Of a stretch of 64,000 bases of DNA, positions 8,474 to 18,979 are shown piece by piece. How positions within the stretch are numbered: position 1 is the first letter of the stretch; each line of letters begins with the position of its first letter. The DNA comes from Flavobacteriales bacterium (lineage in GTDB: Bacteria > Bacteroidota > Bacteroidia > UBA10329): NCBI GenBank assembly GCA_021741075.1, contig JAIOYO010000013.1:3121-67120 (forward strand), in the 5' to 3' direction. The position numbers were made by a program, and so were the translations under genes. Under the pieces are notes generated by a model. It was not told where the DNA came from and made no database searches. It was given only the letters and a program-made list of their open reading frames with translations.

Positions 8474-9349
8474 ATGAAAGCATACGTTTTTCCGGGCCAA
8501 GGCTCGCAGTTTCCTGGCATGGGAAAAGAACTTTATGAAAGTTCTGCCGAGGCTAAAGCCTATTTTGATAAAGCCGACAAGATTCTTGGTTTTAGCATTA
8601 CCGACATTATGTTCAACGGAACAGAGGATGATTTGAAGAAGACCAGCGTTACGCAACCAGCAATCTTTCTTCATTCGGTAATTGCAGCATTAACTATAGA
8701 AGATTTTCAACCTGCAATGGTGGCCGGACACTCGTTAGGTGAGTTTTCTGCGCTTGTTGCCAATAAGGCAATAACGTTCGAAGATGGTTTGAGGTTAGTT
8801 TTTAAACGTGCTGTTGCTATGCAAAAAGCCTGTGAGCAGAACCCGTCAACCATGGCAGCCATTCTCGGAATGGAGGATGATGCTGTAGCTACCATTTGCG
8901 CTTCCATTGAAGAAGTGGTTGTGCCAGCAAATTACAACTGCCCCGGACAAATTGTAATAAGTGGAAGTAATGAAGGGGTCGAAATTGCTTGCAAAAAACT
9001 TACGGAAGCTGGCGCATTAAGAGCCATTAAACTAAACGTTGGAGGAGCTTTTCATAGCCCATTAATGGAGCCAGCTAAGATTGAATTGGAAGAGGCAATT
9101 TTAAGCACTACGGTTTCAAAACCAATTTGTCCGATTTACCAAAACGTCACTGGGCAAGTGGTTTCTAATCCAGATATCATTAAGTCAAATTTGATTGCGC
9201 AACTGACGGCTCCTGTTAAGTGGACACAGACTATCAATCAAATGCTTTTTGATGGTGCGACATCTTTTACCGAAGTCGGTCCTGGAAGAGTGCTTTCTGG
9301 CCTTATAAAAAAGGTAAACCGTCAGATAGTGACATCCTCCGTAGGATAA
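8474..9349 (+). CDS. fabD: Malonyl-CoA:ACP transacylase
   Basis: 291 aa. FPGQGSQFPGMG and the active-site GHSLGEFSA motif are present. Confidence 0.95.
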   Translation: MKAYVFPGQGSQFPGMGKELYESSAEAKAYFDKADKILGFSITDIMFNGTEDDLKKTSVTQPAIFLHSVIAALTIEDFQPAMVAGHSLGEFSALVANKAITFEDGLRLVFKRAVAMQKACEQNPSTMAAILGMEDDAVATICASIEEVVVPANYNCPGQIVISGSNEGVEIACKKLTEAGALRAIKLNVGGAFHSPLMEPAKIELEEAILSTTVSKPICPIYQNVTGQVVSNPDIIKSNLIAQLTAPVKWTQTINQMLFDGATSFTEVGPGRVLSGLIKKVNRQIVTSSVG

Positions 9350-9380
9350 TTCGCTAATTTCAGATTTCAAAATACTTGTC

Positions 9381-10709
9381 ATGTCTGTGAAGAGAATCGG
9401 CCTTTTATGCGTAGTTGCTTTTGTGTTTTTCCTCGTGCCTACAGGATGCGAGCAAGATAGACCACTGCGAGTAGAAGATATTGAGGGTAAGGCATCGCCA
9501 GTTCAACTTGGCGAATGGTTGGAGCAATTTCCCGCTATCATTCGTTCTACTCACATGACCGGACCAGAAACATCGAGAATGTTGGCTTACGCAAGCATCG
9601 CGTACTACGAGGGTTATGCCATGGGTTATGATGATATGCGGTCGTTGGTTGGGCAGCTTCAAGGATTGGACGAACTTCCAGTACCCGATCCAAATCTAGG
9701 TTACAGCTATGGAATCATTTCTGAATCGGCTATGAGAACGGTGCTTCTCAATCAATTTCAGAACGCACCCGCAAATATTAAGAACGTCATCAATTCAACT
9801 TACACAAATCATGAGCGCGAATATGCAGCAGCAGGATTCGGAGAGGTTGTCGTGAACCGATCAAGAGCTTTTGGCGAATTATTGGGGGATGCGCTAAATG
9901 TTTGGGCAGATTCTGATGGATATTTGGATGTACTCAATTGCACGGCAATCGTACCATCAGGACAAGAAAATTGGCAGCCAACTCCACCAAGTTTTCAAGA
10001 ACCAGAATTTGCTTGTTGGGGAAATATTCGGGCTTTTACTTTCAATCCAAATCAACTCATTGCGCTTTGTCACACTGGTTCTCCTGTTGCGGTCTCAAAT
10101 CTAAGCGGTTCTGCTTACCGAACAGACATTGAAGAAGTAGTTAGCATTGAGGCTAATCTTACTCAGGAACAGAAGGATATCGCTGATTTTTGGCGAGATG
10201 ATGATGGAGCATTCACTGTTCCAGGACATTACGTGTCTATTTTGGGCCAACTTGTAGGACAGAATTTGCTCGATGGCAAGCAGGCAATTACCGCTTGGGC
10301 GCAACTCTCTATTGCTATGGCCGACACGTATATTTCTACTTACAAGTTGAAATACACTTATTACCGACCACGACCGCTGACCTTTGTTCAGAACAATTCT
10401 AATGTGAACTGGGAATCGTATTTAACTAACCCGAACACACCAGAATACCCTTCAATGCGTTCAACCCTGGCTTATGCTGCCGCTCAGGTATTTATCAATT
10501 TGTATGGAAACAACTTGGCGTTTACAGACAAAACCCATGTTATCTTCAATTTGCAAGAACGTTCTTATGCTTCTTTTACAGAAATGGCTGAAGAGGTGGT
10601 TGCAAGCAGATTGTATGCAGGAACCAACCTGAGAACAACGCTAGAAAACTCTGAGTATCACGGAAGATGCATTGCCCAACGGGCAAACGAGTTGTTCTTT
10701 AACGAGTAG
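9381..10709 (+). CDS. PAP2/vanadium-haloperoxidase-like lipoprotein with degenerate catalytic motifs
   Basis: 442 aa with a lipoprotein signal (LVPTGC). KLKYTYYRP fits KX6RP, but PSGH reads PSMR and SRX5HX3D reads SRLYAGTNLRTT. See findings. Confidence 0.7.
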   Translation: MSVKRIGLLCVVAFVFFLVPTGCEQDRPLRVEDIEGKASPVQLGEWLEQFPAIIRSTHMTGPETSRMLAYASIAYYEGYAMGYDDMRSLVGQLQGLDELPVPDPNLGYSYGIISESAMRTVLLNQFQNAPANIKNVINSTYTNHEREYAAAGFGEVVVNRSRAFGELLGDALNVWADSDGYLDVLNCTAIVPSGQENWQPTPPSFQEPEFACWGNIRAFTFNPNQLIALCHTGSPVAVSNLSGSAYRTDIEEVVSIEANLTQEQKDIADFWRDDDGAFTVPGHYVSILGQLVGQNLLDGKQAITAWAQLSIAMADTYISTYKLKYTYYRPRPLTFVQNNSNVNWESYLTNPNTPEYPSMRSTLAYAAAQVFINLYGNNLAFTDKTHVIFNLQERSYASFTEMAEEVVASRLYAGTNLRTTLENSEYHGRCIAQRANELFFNE

Positions 10710-11703
10710 CGGAAGGGCCGTAGTTCTCGGCAAACCATTTAAGGGTAACTTCAAGACCATCTTTTATACTCACCTGCGGATTGTATCCGAGGTAGGCTTT
10801 GGCTTTCGAAATGTCGGCAAGGGAATCTTGAACGTCACCTTTTCGTGGTGCTCGATATGTTGGATTAATTTCTGAACCAACCAAATCTTTTAAGTCAAAA
10901 TAAAGCTGATTGATGGTTGTTCTTTCGCCAATACCAATGTTGTAAACCTTACCAGCAGCACCTGGAACCTGAGAGAACATGCCCCGAATGTTAGCCTGAA
11001 CAGCGTTTTCTACAAACGTAAAATCACGCGATTGTTCGCCATCTCCATTTATGAACGGAGATTTTCCTTTGAGCAACGCATCGATAAACAACGGAATTAC
11101 TGCAGCGTAAGGACCATCTGGTTTTTGGTTGGGTCCGAAAATGTTGAAATATCGTAGTCCTACCACTTCAATTCCGTAGTTGAGCGCATATACTCCCGCA
11201 TAAACTTCGTTCACAAATTTGGATGCTGCATATGGAGAAAGCGGTGCGCCAATGTGTTCCTCAACCTTCGGCAATTTCAAACTATCTCCATATACTGAAG
11301 AAGAACTTGCGTAAACGAAACGTTTTACTTTGGCATCCTTGGCTGCTGTTAAGATGTTCAGGAATCCGGTTACGTTAGCTTCGTTGGTAAGCAACGGGGT
11401 TTCTAACGAGCGCGGAACCGAACCCAAAGCCGCCTGGTGCGTGATGTAGTCGATTCCTTCGCAGGCTCTTCGGCACGTATCAGAATTTGCAATATCTCCG
11501 TTGATAAATTCAAAATTAGGCAGCTTCAAAAACAGTTCTATGTTCTGCAATTTTCCTTCAGAAAGATTATCAAGAACCCGCACTTTTCCTGCACCGAATT
11601 TGATGAGATACTCAGCAATATTTGAACCCACAAAACCAGCTCCGCCAGTAATAAGAAAGGACGAATTACTTATGTCGTTGGTGTGGAATGGGGTTGAATA
11701 CAT
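10699..11703 (-). CDS. NAD-dependent nucleotide-sugar 4-epimerase (WbpP/TviC-like SDR)
   Basis: FLITGGAGFVGSN and YAASKFVNE (YxxxK) motifs are present. I use the internal ATG at 11703, which overlaps the rfbB stop as TAATG. The track start at 11769 would overlap rfbB by 67 nt. Confidence 0.85.
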   Translation of the reverse strand: MYSTPFHTNDISNSSFLITGGAGFVGSNIAEYLIKFGAGKVRVLDNLSEGKLQNIELFLKLPNFEFINGDIANSDTCRRACEGIDYITHQAALGSVPRSLETPLLTNEANVTGFLNILTAAKDAKVKRFVYASSSSVYGDSLKLPKVEEHIGAPLSPYAASKFVNEVYAGVYALNYGIEVVGLRYFNIFGPNQKPDGPYAAVIPLFIDALLKGKSPFINGDGEQSRDFTFVENAVQANIRGMFSQVPGAAGKVYNIGIGERTTINQLYFDLKDLVGSEINPTYRAPRKGDVQDSLADISKAKAYLGYNPQVSIKDGLEVTLKWFAENYGPSATR

Positions 11704-12755
11704 TATCGCTCTTGGTATTGTTGTTTGAAGTAATTCTGATAGGCTCCGGAAGTTACGCTGTTCAGCCATTCTCCATTTTGCAAATACCAGTCGACAGTTT
11801 TTGGCAAACCTTCCTCAAACGTTAAGCTTGGTTCCCATCCCAGCTCTGTTTTGAGTTTTGTTGAGTCAATGGCGTATCGCAAATCATGGCCTGCACGGTC
11901 TTTTACGAATGTGATGAGTTTCTCTGAAGTTCCTTTTTCTCTTCCTAATTTTTCATCCATGATTGAACACAACAGGCGAATGAGGTCGATGTTTGTCCAT
12001 TCATTATTCCCACCAATGTTGTAGGTTTCACCCAATCCACCTTTATGGAAAACCGCATCAATAGCAGAGGCGTGATCTTCTACAAACAACCAATCACGTA
12101 CGTTTTCTCCCTTGCCGTAAACAGGAATTTCCTGATTGTTTTGAATGCGATGAATAGCCAATGGAATCAATTTCTCAGGAAAATGATTTGGTCCATAATT
12201 GTTAGAGCAATTAGAGATTACGACCGGCAATCCGTATGTATGATGATAGGCACGAACCAGGTGGTCTGAGCTTGCTTTTGAAGCTGAATACGGACTTCGT
12301 GGGTCATATGCAGTTGTTTCATAGAAGAAACCCTCTTCGCCAAGTGAGCCATAAACTTCATCTGTAGAAATATGATAGAAACGCTTTCCTTCCAAGTTTC
12401 CATTCCAAAGTTCTTTGGCTGCCATGAGAAGATTCACAGTACCTAGTATGTTAGTTTGGATAAAAGCCATCGGACCTGAAATGGATCGGTCAACGTGAGA
12501 TTCAGCAGCTAAGTGAATGACTCCCTCAGGTTGATGTTTCTCGAACACTTCTTTCAAACGTGCAGGATTTGTAATGTCAGCATGTTCAAAAACGTAGTTT
12601 GGAGAATTTTCAACATCCTTCAAATTCTCAAGGTTACCTGCGTATGTTAAAGCATCCAAGTTTACAATCTTGTAATCGGGATAGTTCCGAACAAATCTTC
12701 GAACTACATGAGACCCAATAAAGCCTGCCCCTCCTGTTATGATTATTGTTTTCAT
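11703..12755 (-). CDS. rfbB: dTDP-glucose 4,6-dehydratase
   Basis: MKTIIITGGAGFIGSH, STDEVYG and YSASKASSDHLV motifs are present. The ATG at 12755 overlaps the galE stop as ATGA. Confidence 0.9.
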   Translation of the reverse strand: MKTIIITGGAGFIGSHVVRRFVRNYPDYKIVNLDALTYAGNLENLKDVENSPNYVFEHADITNPARLKEVFEKHQPEGVIHLAAESHVDRSISGPMAFIQTNILGTVNLLMAAKELWNGNLEGKRFYHISTDEVYGSLGEEGFFYETTAYDPRSPYSASKASSDHLVRAYHHTYGLPVVISNCSNNYGPNHFPEKLIPLAIHRIQNNQEIPVYGKGENVRDWLFVEDHASAIDAVFHKGGLGETYNIGGNNEWTNIDLIRLLCSIMDEKLGREKGTSEKLITFVKDRAGHDLRYAIDSTKLKTELGWEPSLTFEEGLPKTVDWYLQNGEWLNSVTSGAYQNYFKQQYQER

Positions 12756-13774
12756 GCTTTTTTGCTTCTGTAATTCTGTTCCCAGTTCCATGAAGAACGA
12801 AGTCCTTCTTCTAAGCCTAATTCGGCTTTCCAATTCAGCACTGTATTAGCCTTAGTTGTATCGGCAAAAACAGCAGTAATATCTCCATCTCTGCGCGGTC
12901 CTACTTTAAAATTAATTGCAATTCCGGTTGCCTGCTTGAAGGTATTTACTAATTCTAAAACGCTGCTTCCTTTTCCAGTACCGATGTTGAAAATATCGTA
13001 GCTGCTTCTAATAGTTTCCGTCTCCAACTTGCGAAGCGCCTGAAGATGAGCTTTACCAAGATCAACCACATGAATGAAATCTCGAATGCATGTGCCGTCT
13101 TCAGTATCGTAGTCATCGCCAAAGATGGTAAGTTCCTTGCGGATACCTGCTGCCGTTTGAGTAACATAAGGAACTAAATTGTTTGGAATTCCAACTGGAA
13201 GTTCACCAATTTTAGCCGATTCGTGAGCTCCAATTGGATTGAAGTAGCGCAATGAAATCGCTTTCAAACTTTGAGCTCGTGCTGTATCTCGGATTATATC
13301 TTCACACATGGATTTTGTGTTTCCATATGGAGACTCTGCTTCTTTTCTTGGGGTGGCTTCTGTAACTGGGCAAACTTCTGGTTGACCATATACGGTACAG
13401 CTTGATGAGAATACCAAATTTGGAATCTGGAATCTTTCCATTTCCACAAGGATATTCATTAGGCTGTCAAGATTATTGCGGTAGTAGGCGAGTGGCTCTT
13501 TTACGGATTCGCCAACCGCCTTTTTTGCTGCAAAATGAATAACTGATTTCGCCTGGCTTCCAATTTTCTCAAAAACCGCAGCTAATTGGGTTGCATTGTC
13601 AATATCGACATTGAAAAACTGAGGTCTCGTGCCTGTGATTTCTTCAATTGAGTCGAGAACGGATTCTTCGGAGTTTGAAAGGTTGTCGAGAATAACAACT
13701 TCATATCCATTGCCTATCAGTTCAACACACGTATGCGACCCAATATATCCAGTACCCCCTGTGACAATTACCAT
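12752..13774 (-). CDS. galE: UDP-glucose 4-epimerase
   Basis: MVIVTGGTGYIGSH and YGNTKSMCE (YxxxK) motifs are present. The ATG at 13774 lies 2 nt after the upstream stop. Confidence 0.85.
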   Translation of the reverse strand: MVIVTGGTGYIGSHTCVELIGNGYEVVILDNLSNSEESVLDSIEEITGTRPQFFNVDIDNATQLAAVFEKIGSQAKSVIHFAAKKAVGESVKEPLAYYRNNLDSLMNILVEMERFQIPNLVFSSSCTVYGQPEVCPVTEATPRKEAESPYGNTKSMCEDIIRDTARAQSLKAISLRYFNPIGAHESAKIGELPVGIPNNLVPYVTQTAAGIRKELTIFGDDYDTEDGTCIRDFIHVVDLGKAHLQALRKLETETIRSSYDIFNIGTGKGSSVLELVNTFKQATGIAINFKVGPRRDGDITAVFADTTKANTVLNWKAELGLEEGLRSSWNWEQNYRSKKA

Positions 13775-13776
13775 AT

Positions 13777-15075
13777 TTATAAACTCCAATAGGATAGGCT
13801 CTTAATCTTATCCTTATAAACCCCTTTTACATCAACAAATACTCCTCTTGGCTTTGATATTGCTTGAAACTCACTCTCAGATTTTTCCAAGTATTCTTTG
13901 TGGTTGACAGCAAGTATAATTGCATCGTAGCTTTTTCCAACGGAAGGAGCCAGTTCAAAACCGTATTCGTGTTTTAGATGAATTGACGATGCATGCGGAT
14001 CAATCACATCTACGCGTACTCCGAAAGATTCAAGTTCCCGAATTACGTCTACCACTTTTGAGTTTCTGATGTCGGCAACGTTCTCTTTGAAGGTAGCTCC
14101 CATTACTAAAATCTTTGATTTGCTGATGTCACCACCATTCGCGACAATTTTCTTCACGGTTTCTCTAGCTACATAGGCACCAACTTCATCATTAATAGAT
14201 CTTCCTGAAGTAATAACTTTTGAATGATAACCGAGTTCGCGAGCCTTGTGCGTGAGGTAATATGGGTCAACTCCGATGCAATGTCCGCCAACCAAACCAG
14301 GAAAGAATTTCAGGAAGTTCCATTTTGTTCCAGCAGCCTCAAGTACATCAAAGGTGTTGATTCCAACCTTGTTAAAAATCATCGAAAGCTCGTTCATCAA
14401 TGCAATATTCACATCGCGTTGTGTGTTCTCGATGATTTTTGCAGCTTCAGCTACTTTGATTGAAGGCGCACGGTGAACCCCTGCATCAACCACCAGTTCG
14501 TAGGTTTTGGCCACTATCTCTAAAGATTCAGCATCGCAACCTGAAACCACCTTAATGATTTTTCTAAGTGTGTGTTCCTTATCGCCCGGATTTATTCTTT
14601 CTGGTGAATAACCAATCTTGAAATCGTTGTTGAATTTCAAACCTGAAATTTCTTCTAGAACAGGCACGCAGTCTTCTTCGGTACAACCGGGATAAACGGT
14701 TGATTCATACACCACGTAGTCACCTTTTTTGAGCACTCCACCAACTGTTTTAGAGGCTCCAATAACTGGTCTCAAATCCGGCAAGTTGTGCTCGTCAATT
14801 GGAGTTGGCACGGCCACAATAAAAAACTGAACGTCTTTGAGATCCTTGACATCAGCAGTAAATAGGATGTCGCAGCCTTCAAAATCGCTTGCTTCAAGCT
14901 CCTCGCTTGGGTCGATGTTGTTCTTCATCATATCAACCCTTTCTTGATTGATGTCGAAGCCTACAACTTTGATTCTTCTGGCGAATTCTAATGCAATTGG
15001 CAATCCAACATATCCAAGACCGATAACAGCCAGTTTAGCATCCTTGCTTAGAAGTTTTTCGTAGATGTTTTTCAT
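13777..15075 (-). CDS. Nucleotide-sugar 6-dehydrogenase (WbpA/TviB-like UDP-GlcNAc dehydrogenase)
   Basis: KLAVIGLGYVGLPIALEF and the catalytic-Cys motif GGHCIGVDPYY are present. The ATG at 15075 lies 1 nt after the upstream stop. Confidence 0.85.
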   Translation of the reverse strand: MKNIYEKLLSKDAKLAVIGLGYVGLPIALEFARRIKVVGFDINQERVDMMKNNIDPSEELEASDFEGCDILFTADVKDLKDVQFFIVAVPTPIDEHNLPDLRPVIGASKTVGGVLKKGDYVVYESTVYPGCTEEDCVPVLEEISGLKFNNDFKIGYSPERINPGDKEHTLRKIIKVVSGCDAESLEIVAKTYELVVDAGVHRAPSIKVAEAAKIIENTQRDVNIALMNELSMIFNKVGINTFDVLEAAGTKWNFLKFFPGLVGGHCIGVDPYYLTHKARELGYHSKVITSGRSINDEVGAYVARETVKKIVANGGDISKSKILVMGATFKENVADIRNSKVVDVIRELESFGVRVDVIDPHASSIHLKHEYGFELAPSVGKSYDAIILAVNHKEYLEKSESEFQAISKPRGVFVDVKGVYKDKIKSLSYWSL

Positions 15076-15076
15076 A

Positions 15077-16108
15077 TCAATTCTTGATGATTTTTGGATC
15101 ACGAAGACTATAAATCCGTTCAATTATTTCAACCACTTTCATTCCTTCCATCGCATTGGTTGCTATAGTTTTTCGCCCCTTCAAGGTGTCGATTACGTTT
15201 TGAATGACAAAATGGTGGTTTGCAGCAGAACCTTTGTAAGATCCATAATCATTGGCAGGACCAGCTGGCTCCAATTTCGGCATTTCATAGCCTTCAATGT
15301 TGCAATGCACAACTTCGTTCATGTATTGCCCGCCAATTTTCACACTGCCTTTTTCTCCGATTACGGTTAGGCTGCTTTCCAAGTTTGAATCCCAGACGGA
15401 AGTCGAGTAGTTCAAACTTCCCATTCCGCCATCAGCAAGTTGGAAACTTACCATTCCCGAATCTTCAAAATCGGTTGAATTTGAATGGTTGAAATCGCGG
15501 AAATCGCCTTTGATGTTCTTGATATCGCCAAACAGCCAGTATAGAATATCTACGAAGTGCGAAAACTGGGTAAAGAGTGTTCCGCCATCTAGTTCTTGAC
15601 TTCCTTTCCAACTTCCGGTTTTATAATATCGGTCATCACGATTCCAATAACAGTTGATTTGAACCATGTAGATGTCGCCCATAAGTTTACGATCAATTAC
15701 ATCCTTAATCCAAACCGAAGGAGGGGAGTATCGGTTCTGCATAACGCAAAACACCTGCTTGGATCGATTAAGGGCGGCATGAATAACCTTTTCGCAATCG
15801 GAATTGGTTAATGCCATTGGTTTTTCGCACAATACGTGACTTCCGGTATTTAACCCTGCGAGGCTATTTTGAGCATGAAGTCCGTTTGGAGTACAAACAC
15901 AAAGCACGTCTGGTTTTAAATTCAATAACTCTTGAAGGTCATTGAAAAAAGGAGCATCATAAGTCTCAATTCCCAATTCGGACTTGGGTCTTACATCACA
16001 GAGACCAATCAATTCTGATTCATCATTTCTGACAATCATCTCAGCATGACGCTTGCCAATGTGGCCGCATCCTACAACTCCAAATGTTATTTTGTTTGAA
16101 TCACTCAA
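15077..16108 (-). CDS. Gfo/Idh/MocA oxidoreductase (WbpB-like UDP-GlcNAcA 3-dehydrogenase)
   Basis: [20 protein letters not shown] and SWKGS motifs are present. I propose a TTG start at 16108 that overlaps the wbpD-like stop as TTGA. The alternative ATG at 16165 overlaps the upstream gene by 61 nt. Confidence 0.8.
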   Translation of the reverse strand: MSDSNKITFGVVGCGHIGKRHAEMIVRNDESELIGLCDVRPKSELGIETYDAPFFNDLQELLNLKPDVLCVCTPNGLHAQNSLAGLNTGSHVLCEKPMALTNSDCEKVIHAALNRSKQVFCVMQNRYSPPSVWIKDVIDRKLMGDIYMVQINCYWNRDDRYYKTGSWKGSQELDGGTLFTQFSHFVDILYWLFGDIKNIKGDFRDFNHSNSTDFEDSGMVSFQLADGGMGSLNYSTSVWDSNLESSLTVIGEKGSVKIGGQYMNEVVHCNIEGYEMPKLEPAGPANDYGSYKGSAANHHFVIQNVIDTLKGRKTIATNAMEGMKVVEIIERIYSLRDPKIIKN

Positions 16109-16677
16109 CTGACTTTCTTTACAGAACCATTGTTTAGTTCGTATCGTTCTTTTGACTCTGGGCAAATGGCCGTACCGTTTTGGTCAAACTCAAGTCGATG
16201 ACCAAATTCACTCATCCAACCAATCTGTCTGGCGGGATTTCCAACCAAAAGAGCATAAGCAGGAACATTTTTAGTTACTACTGAGCCTGCTCCAATAAAT
16301 GCGAATTCACCAATATCATTACCACAAACAACCGTTGCATTTGCGCCTATGCTTGCGCCTTTTCCTACCAAAGTTTTTTCGTATTGCCCTCGTCTGTTAA
16401 CAGCACTACGTGGATTTGACACGTTGGTGAAAACCATTGATGGGCCTAGGAATACATCATCTTCGCAAATAACACCTGTGTAGATAGAAACGTTGTTCTG
16501 AACCTTAACATTATTTCCCAAGAATACATTTGGAGAAACCACTACGTTTTGTCCGAGATTACAATTTTCTCCTAGAACACATCCGCTCATTAAATGAGAA
16601 AAGTGCCAAATTTTGGAGCCTGCCCCAATAGTGCATCCTTCATCAATGATGGCAGTTTCATGAGCAAAGTATCCCAT
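16105..16677 (-). CDS. Hexapeptide-repeat N-acetyltransferase (WbpD/WlbB-like)
   Basis: 190 aa. Left-handed beta-helix repeats are visible ([37 protein letters not shown]...). Confidence 0.85.
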   Translation of the reverse strand: MGYFAHETAIIDEGCTIGAGSKIWHFSHLMSGCVLGENCNLGQNVVVSPNVFLGNNVKVQNNVSIYTGVICEDDVFLGPSMVFTNVSNPRSAVNRRGQYEKTLVGKGASIGANATVVCGNDIGEFAFIGAGSVVTKNVPAYALLVGNPARQIGWMSEFGHRLEFDQNGTAICPESKERYELNNGSVKKVS

Positions 16678-17663
16678 TACTTTCTAATGTATCCTTCGAA
16701 GGTGTTGTGTTCCTTTTTGTAAAGCTCCTCCTCTGGAAGACTTTTGAAGTAGTCGTATGTGATTTTCAAGCCTTCAGCTCGGCTCACTTTGGGTTCCCAG
16801 TTTAGAATCGCACGTGCCTTGTCAATATTAGGTTGGCGTTGCATTGGGTCATCAACAGGAAGGTCCTTGTATATCACCTTTTGAGTTGTTCCAGTTAGTT
16901 TGATGATTTCTTCCGCAAACTGAGAAATGGTAATCTCGTCAGGATTTCCAATGTTAACCGGCTCTGCGTAATCTGAAAGTAGCAAGCGGTAAATACCTTC
17001 TACCAAATCATCCACGTAGCAAAAACTACGAGTTTGACTTCCGTCACCAAAAACAGTTAAGTCTTCGCCTCTCAAAGCTTGACCAATGAAAGCTGGCAAT
17101 ACACGACCATCGTTCAGTCGCATTCTTGGGCCATAGGTATTGAATATCCGAACGATTCGGGTTTCAACTCCATGATAGCGGTGATATGCCATCGTTATTG
17201 CCTCTTGAAAACGCTTAGCTTCATCGTAAACACCACGTGGTCCAATAGGATTTACATTCCCCCAATATTCTTCTGTTTGAGGATGAACCATTGGGTCACC
17301 ATAAACTTCGGAAGTTGATGCGATGAGCATTCTCGCTCCTTTTGCTTTGGCAAGTCCCAAGCAATTGTGCGTTCCCAAAGAACCCACTTTCAATGTTTGA
17401 ATAGGTATTTTGAGATAGTCAATTGGACTTGCGGGAGATGCGAAATGCATGATGTAATCCAATTCATCTGGTACGTGAATAAACTTGCTTACATCGTGAT
17501 GATAGAACTCAAAATCCTTATGTTTGAATAGATGCTCTATATTCTTCAGATTGCCTGTAATGAGGTTGTCCATCGCAATAACATGACAGCCTTCTTTCAG
17601 GAATCTGTCGCAAAGATGCGAACCAAGAAAACCTGCGGCACCTGTAATTAGCACTCTTTTCAT
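16677..17663 (-). CDS. UDP-glucuronate decarboxylase (UDP-xylose synthase)
   Basis: 328 aa. [21 protein letters not shown] and YDEAKRFQE motifs are present, and it sits directly after ugd. Confidence 0.9.
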   Translation of the reverse strand: MKRVLITGAAGFLGSHLCDRFLKEGCHVIAMDNLITGNLKNIEHLFKHKDFEFYHHDVSKFIHVPDELDYIMHFASPASPIDYLKIPIQTLKVGSLGTHNCLGLAKAKGARMLIASTSEVYGDPMVHPQTEEYWGNVNPIGPRGVYDEAKRFQEAITMAYHRYHGVETRIVRIFNTYGPRMRLNDGRVLPAFIGQALRGEDLTVFGDGSQTRSFCYVDDLVEGIYRLLLSDYAEPVNIGNPDEITISQFAEEIIKLTGTTQKVIYKDLPVDDPMQRQPNIDKARAILNWEPKVSRAEGLKITYDYFKSLPEEELYKKEHNTFEGYIRK

Positions 17664-18979
17664 CCTTGTGGGATTACGGTTTTTCGTCCGATTGAATTGT
17701 AATAGAAACCTAACTCCTTCATTTGGTCAAGATCATAGAGGTTACGGCCGTCAAAGATTACCTTCTCTTTTAAACCAGTCTTCAACTTGTCAAATTCAGG
17801 TGAACGGAAGACAGACCATTCTGTAGCAATAATTAGTGCATCTGCACCTGCAAGTGCTTTGTATTGGTCGTCTGCGTATGATATTTTGTCGCCAAGCAAT
17901 TCCTTTACGTTTTTCATCGCTTCTGGGTCATACGCAGTCACGGTGGCCCCAGCGGCAAGTAATTTGTCAATTACGTAAAGTGCTGGTGCTTCTCTAATGT
18001 CGTCTGTATCCGGTTTGAAGGCTAATCCCCAAAGCGCGAAATGTTTTCCTTTTAAATCTCCCCCGAAAAAGTCTTCAATCTTAGGAACGATGATTGTTTT
18101 CTGCTTCTCGTTGACCTCCATTACGGAAGCTAAAAGAGCGAAATCATAATTCACACCTGCAGCGGATTTAGCCAATGCTTGAACATCTTTCGGGAAGCAA
18201 CTTCCGCCATATCCAATTCCAGGGAAGAGGAAACGTTTTCCGATTCGGGTATCCGTGCCGATTCCGATTCTCACTTTGTCTACGTCAGCATCTAGCAACT
18301 CGCAAAGGTTTGCCACTTCGTTCATGAACGTAATCTTGGTGGCTAGGAATGCGTTGGCTGCATATTTAGTCAACTCAGCTGATTTTTCATCCATAAAGAT
18401 GATTGGATTTCCTTGTCGAACGTAAGGCTTGTAAAGCTCTTCCATTATTTTCTGAGCGCGAGCTGACGATGTTCCAACCACGACTCTGTCTGGCTTCAAG
18501 AAGTCATCTACTGCAAATCCTTCTCTCAAAAACTCAGGATTTGAAACCACGTCAAAATCAACTGTAGCGTGCTTTTTTACTGCTGCAGTTACTTTATCAG
18601 CCGTGCCAACAGGTACCGTACTTTTATCTACAAGGACTTTATAGTCCTTCATAATCTTTCCGAGGTTGTCGGCTACCCCCAAAACGTATGAAAGGTCCGC
18701 AGATCCGTCTTCGCCTGGAGGTGTTGGCAATGCTAGAAACACGACCTGTGCTGATTCAACCGCTTCGTTCAAGTCAGTGGTAAATTTTAATCGACCTTGT
18801 TTGATATTACGCTCAAAAAGCACGTCTAAATGCGGTTCGTAAATCGGTACCTCACCGTTTTTCATCTTGTTAACCTTCTTCACGTCTATGTCAACGCAAA
18901 TCACATGATTTCCGGTTTCCGCAAGGCAGGTTCCTGTAACCAATCCAACATAACCCGTTCCTACTACTGCAATGTTCAT
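17660..18979 (-). CDS. ugd: UDP-glucose 6-dehydrogenase
   Basis: 439 aa. [14 protein letters not shown] and the catalytic-Cys motif [10 protein letters not shown] are present. Confidence 0.9.
   Translation of the reverse strand: MNIAVVGTGYVGLVTGTCLAETGNHVICVDIDVKKVNKMKNGEVPIYEPHLDVLFERNIKQGRLKFTTDLNEAVESAQVVFLALPTPPGEDGSADLSYVLGVADNLGKIMKDYKVLVDKSTVPVGTADKVTAAVKKHATVDFDVVSNPEFLREGFAVDDFLKPDRVVVGTSSARAQKIMEELYKPYVRQGNPIIFMDEKSAELTKYAANAFLATKITFMNEVANLCELLDADVDKVRIGIGTDTRIGKRFLFPGIGYGGSCFPKDVQALAKSAAGVNYDFALLASVMEVNEKQKTIIVPKIEDFFGGDLKGKHFALWGLAFKPDTDDIREAPALYVIDKLLAAGATVTAYDPEAMKNVKELLGDKISYADDQYKALAGADALIIATEWSVFRSPEFDKLKTGLKEKVIFDGRNLYDLDQMKELGFYYNSIGRKTVIPQG

Noticed and set aside
11704-11769. 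Longest-ORF starts in the sugar operon (also 12756-12833, 13775-13789, 15076-15123 and 16109-16165)
   Set aside because: Each extension overlaps the upstream gene by 15-80 nt and precedes the Rossmann GxGxxG N-terminus by an implausible leader. Internal starts give 1-4-nt stop/start overlaps typical of coupled operons.
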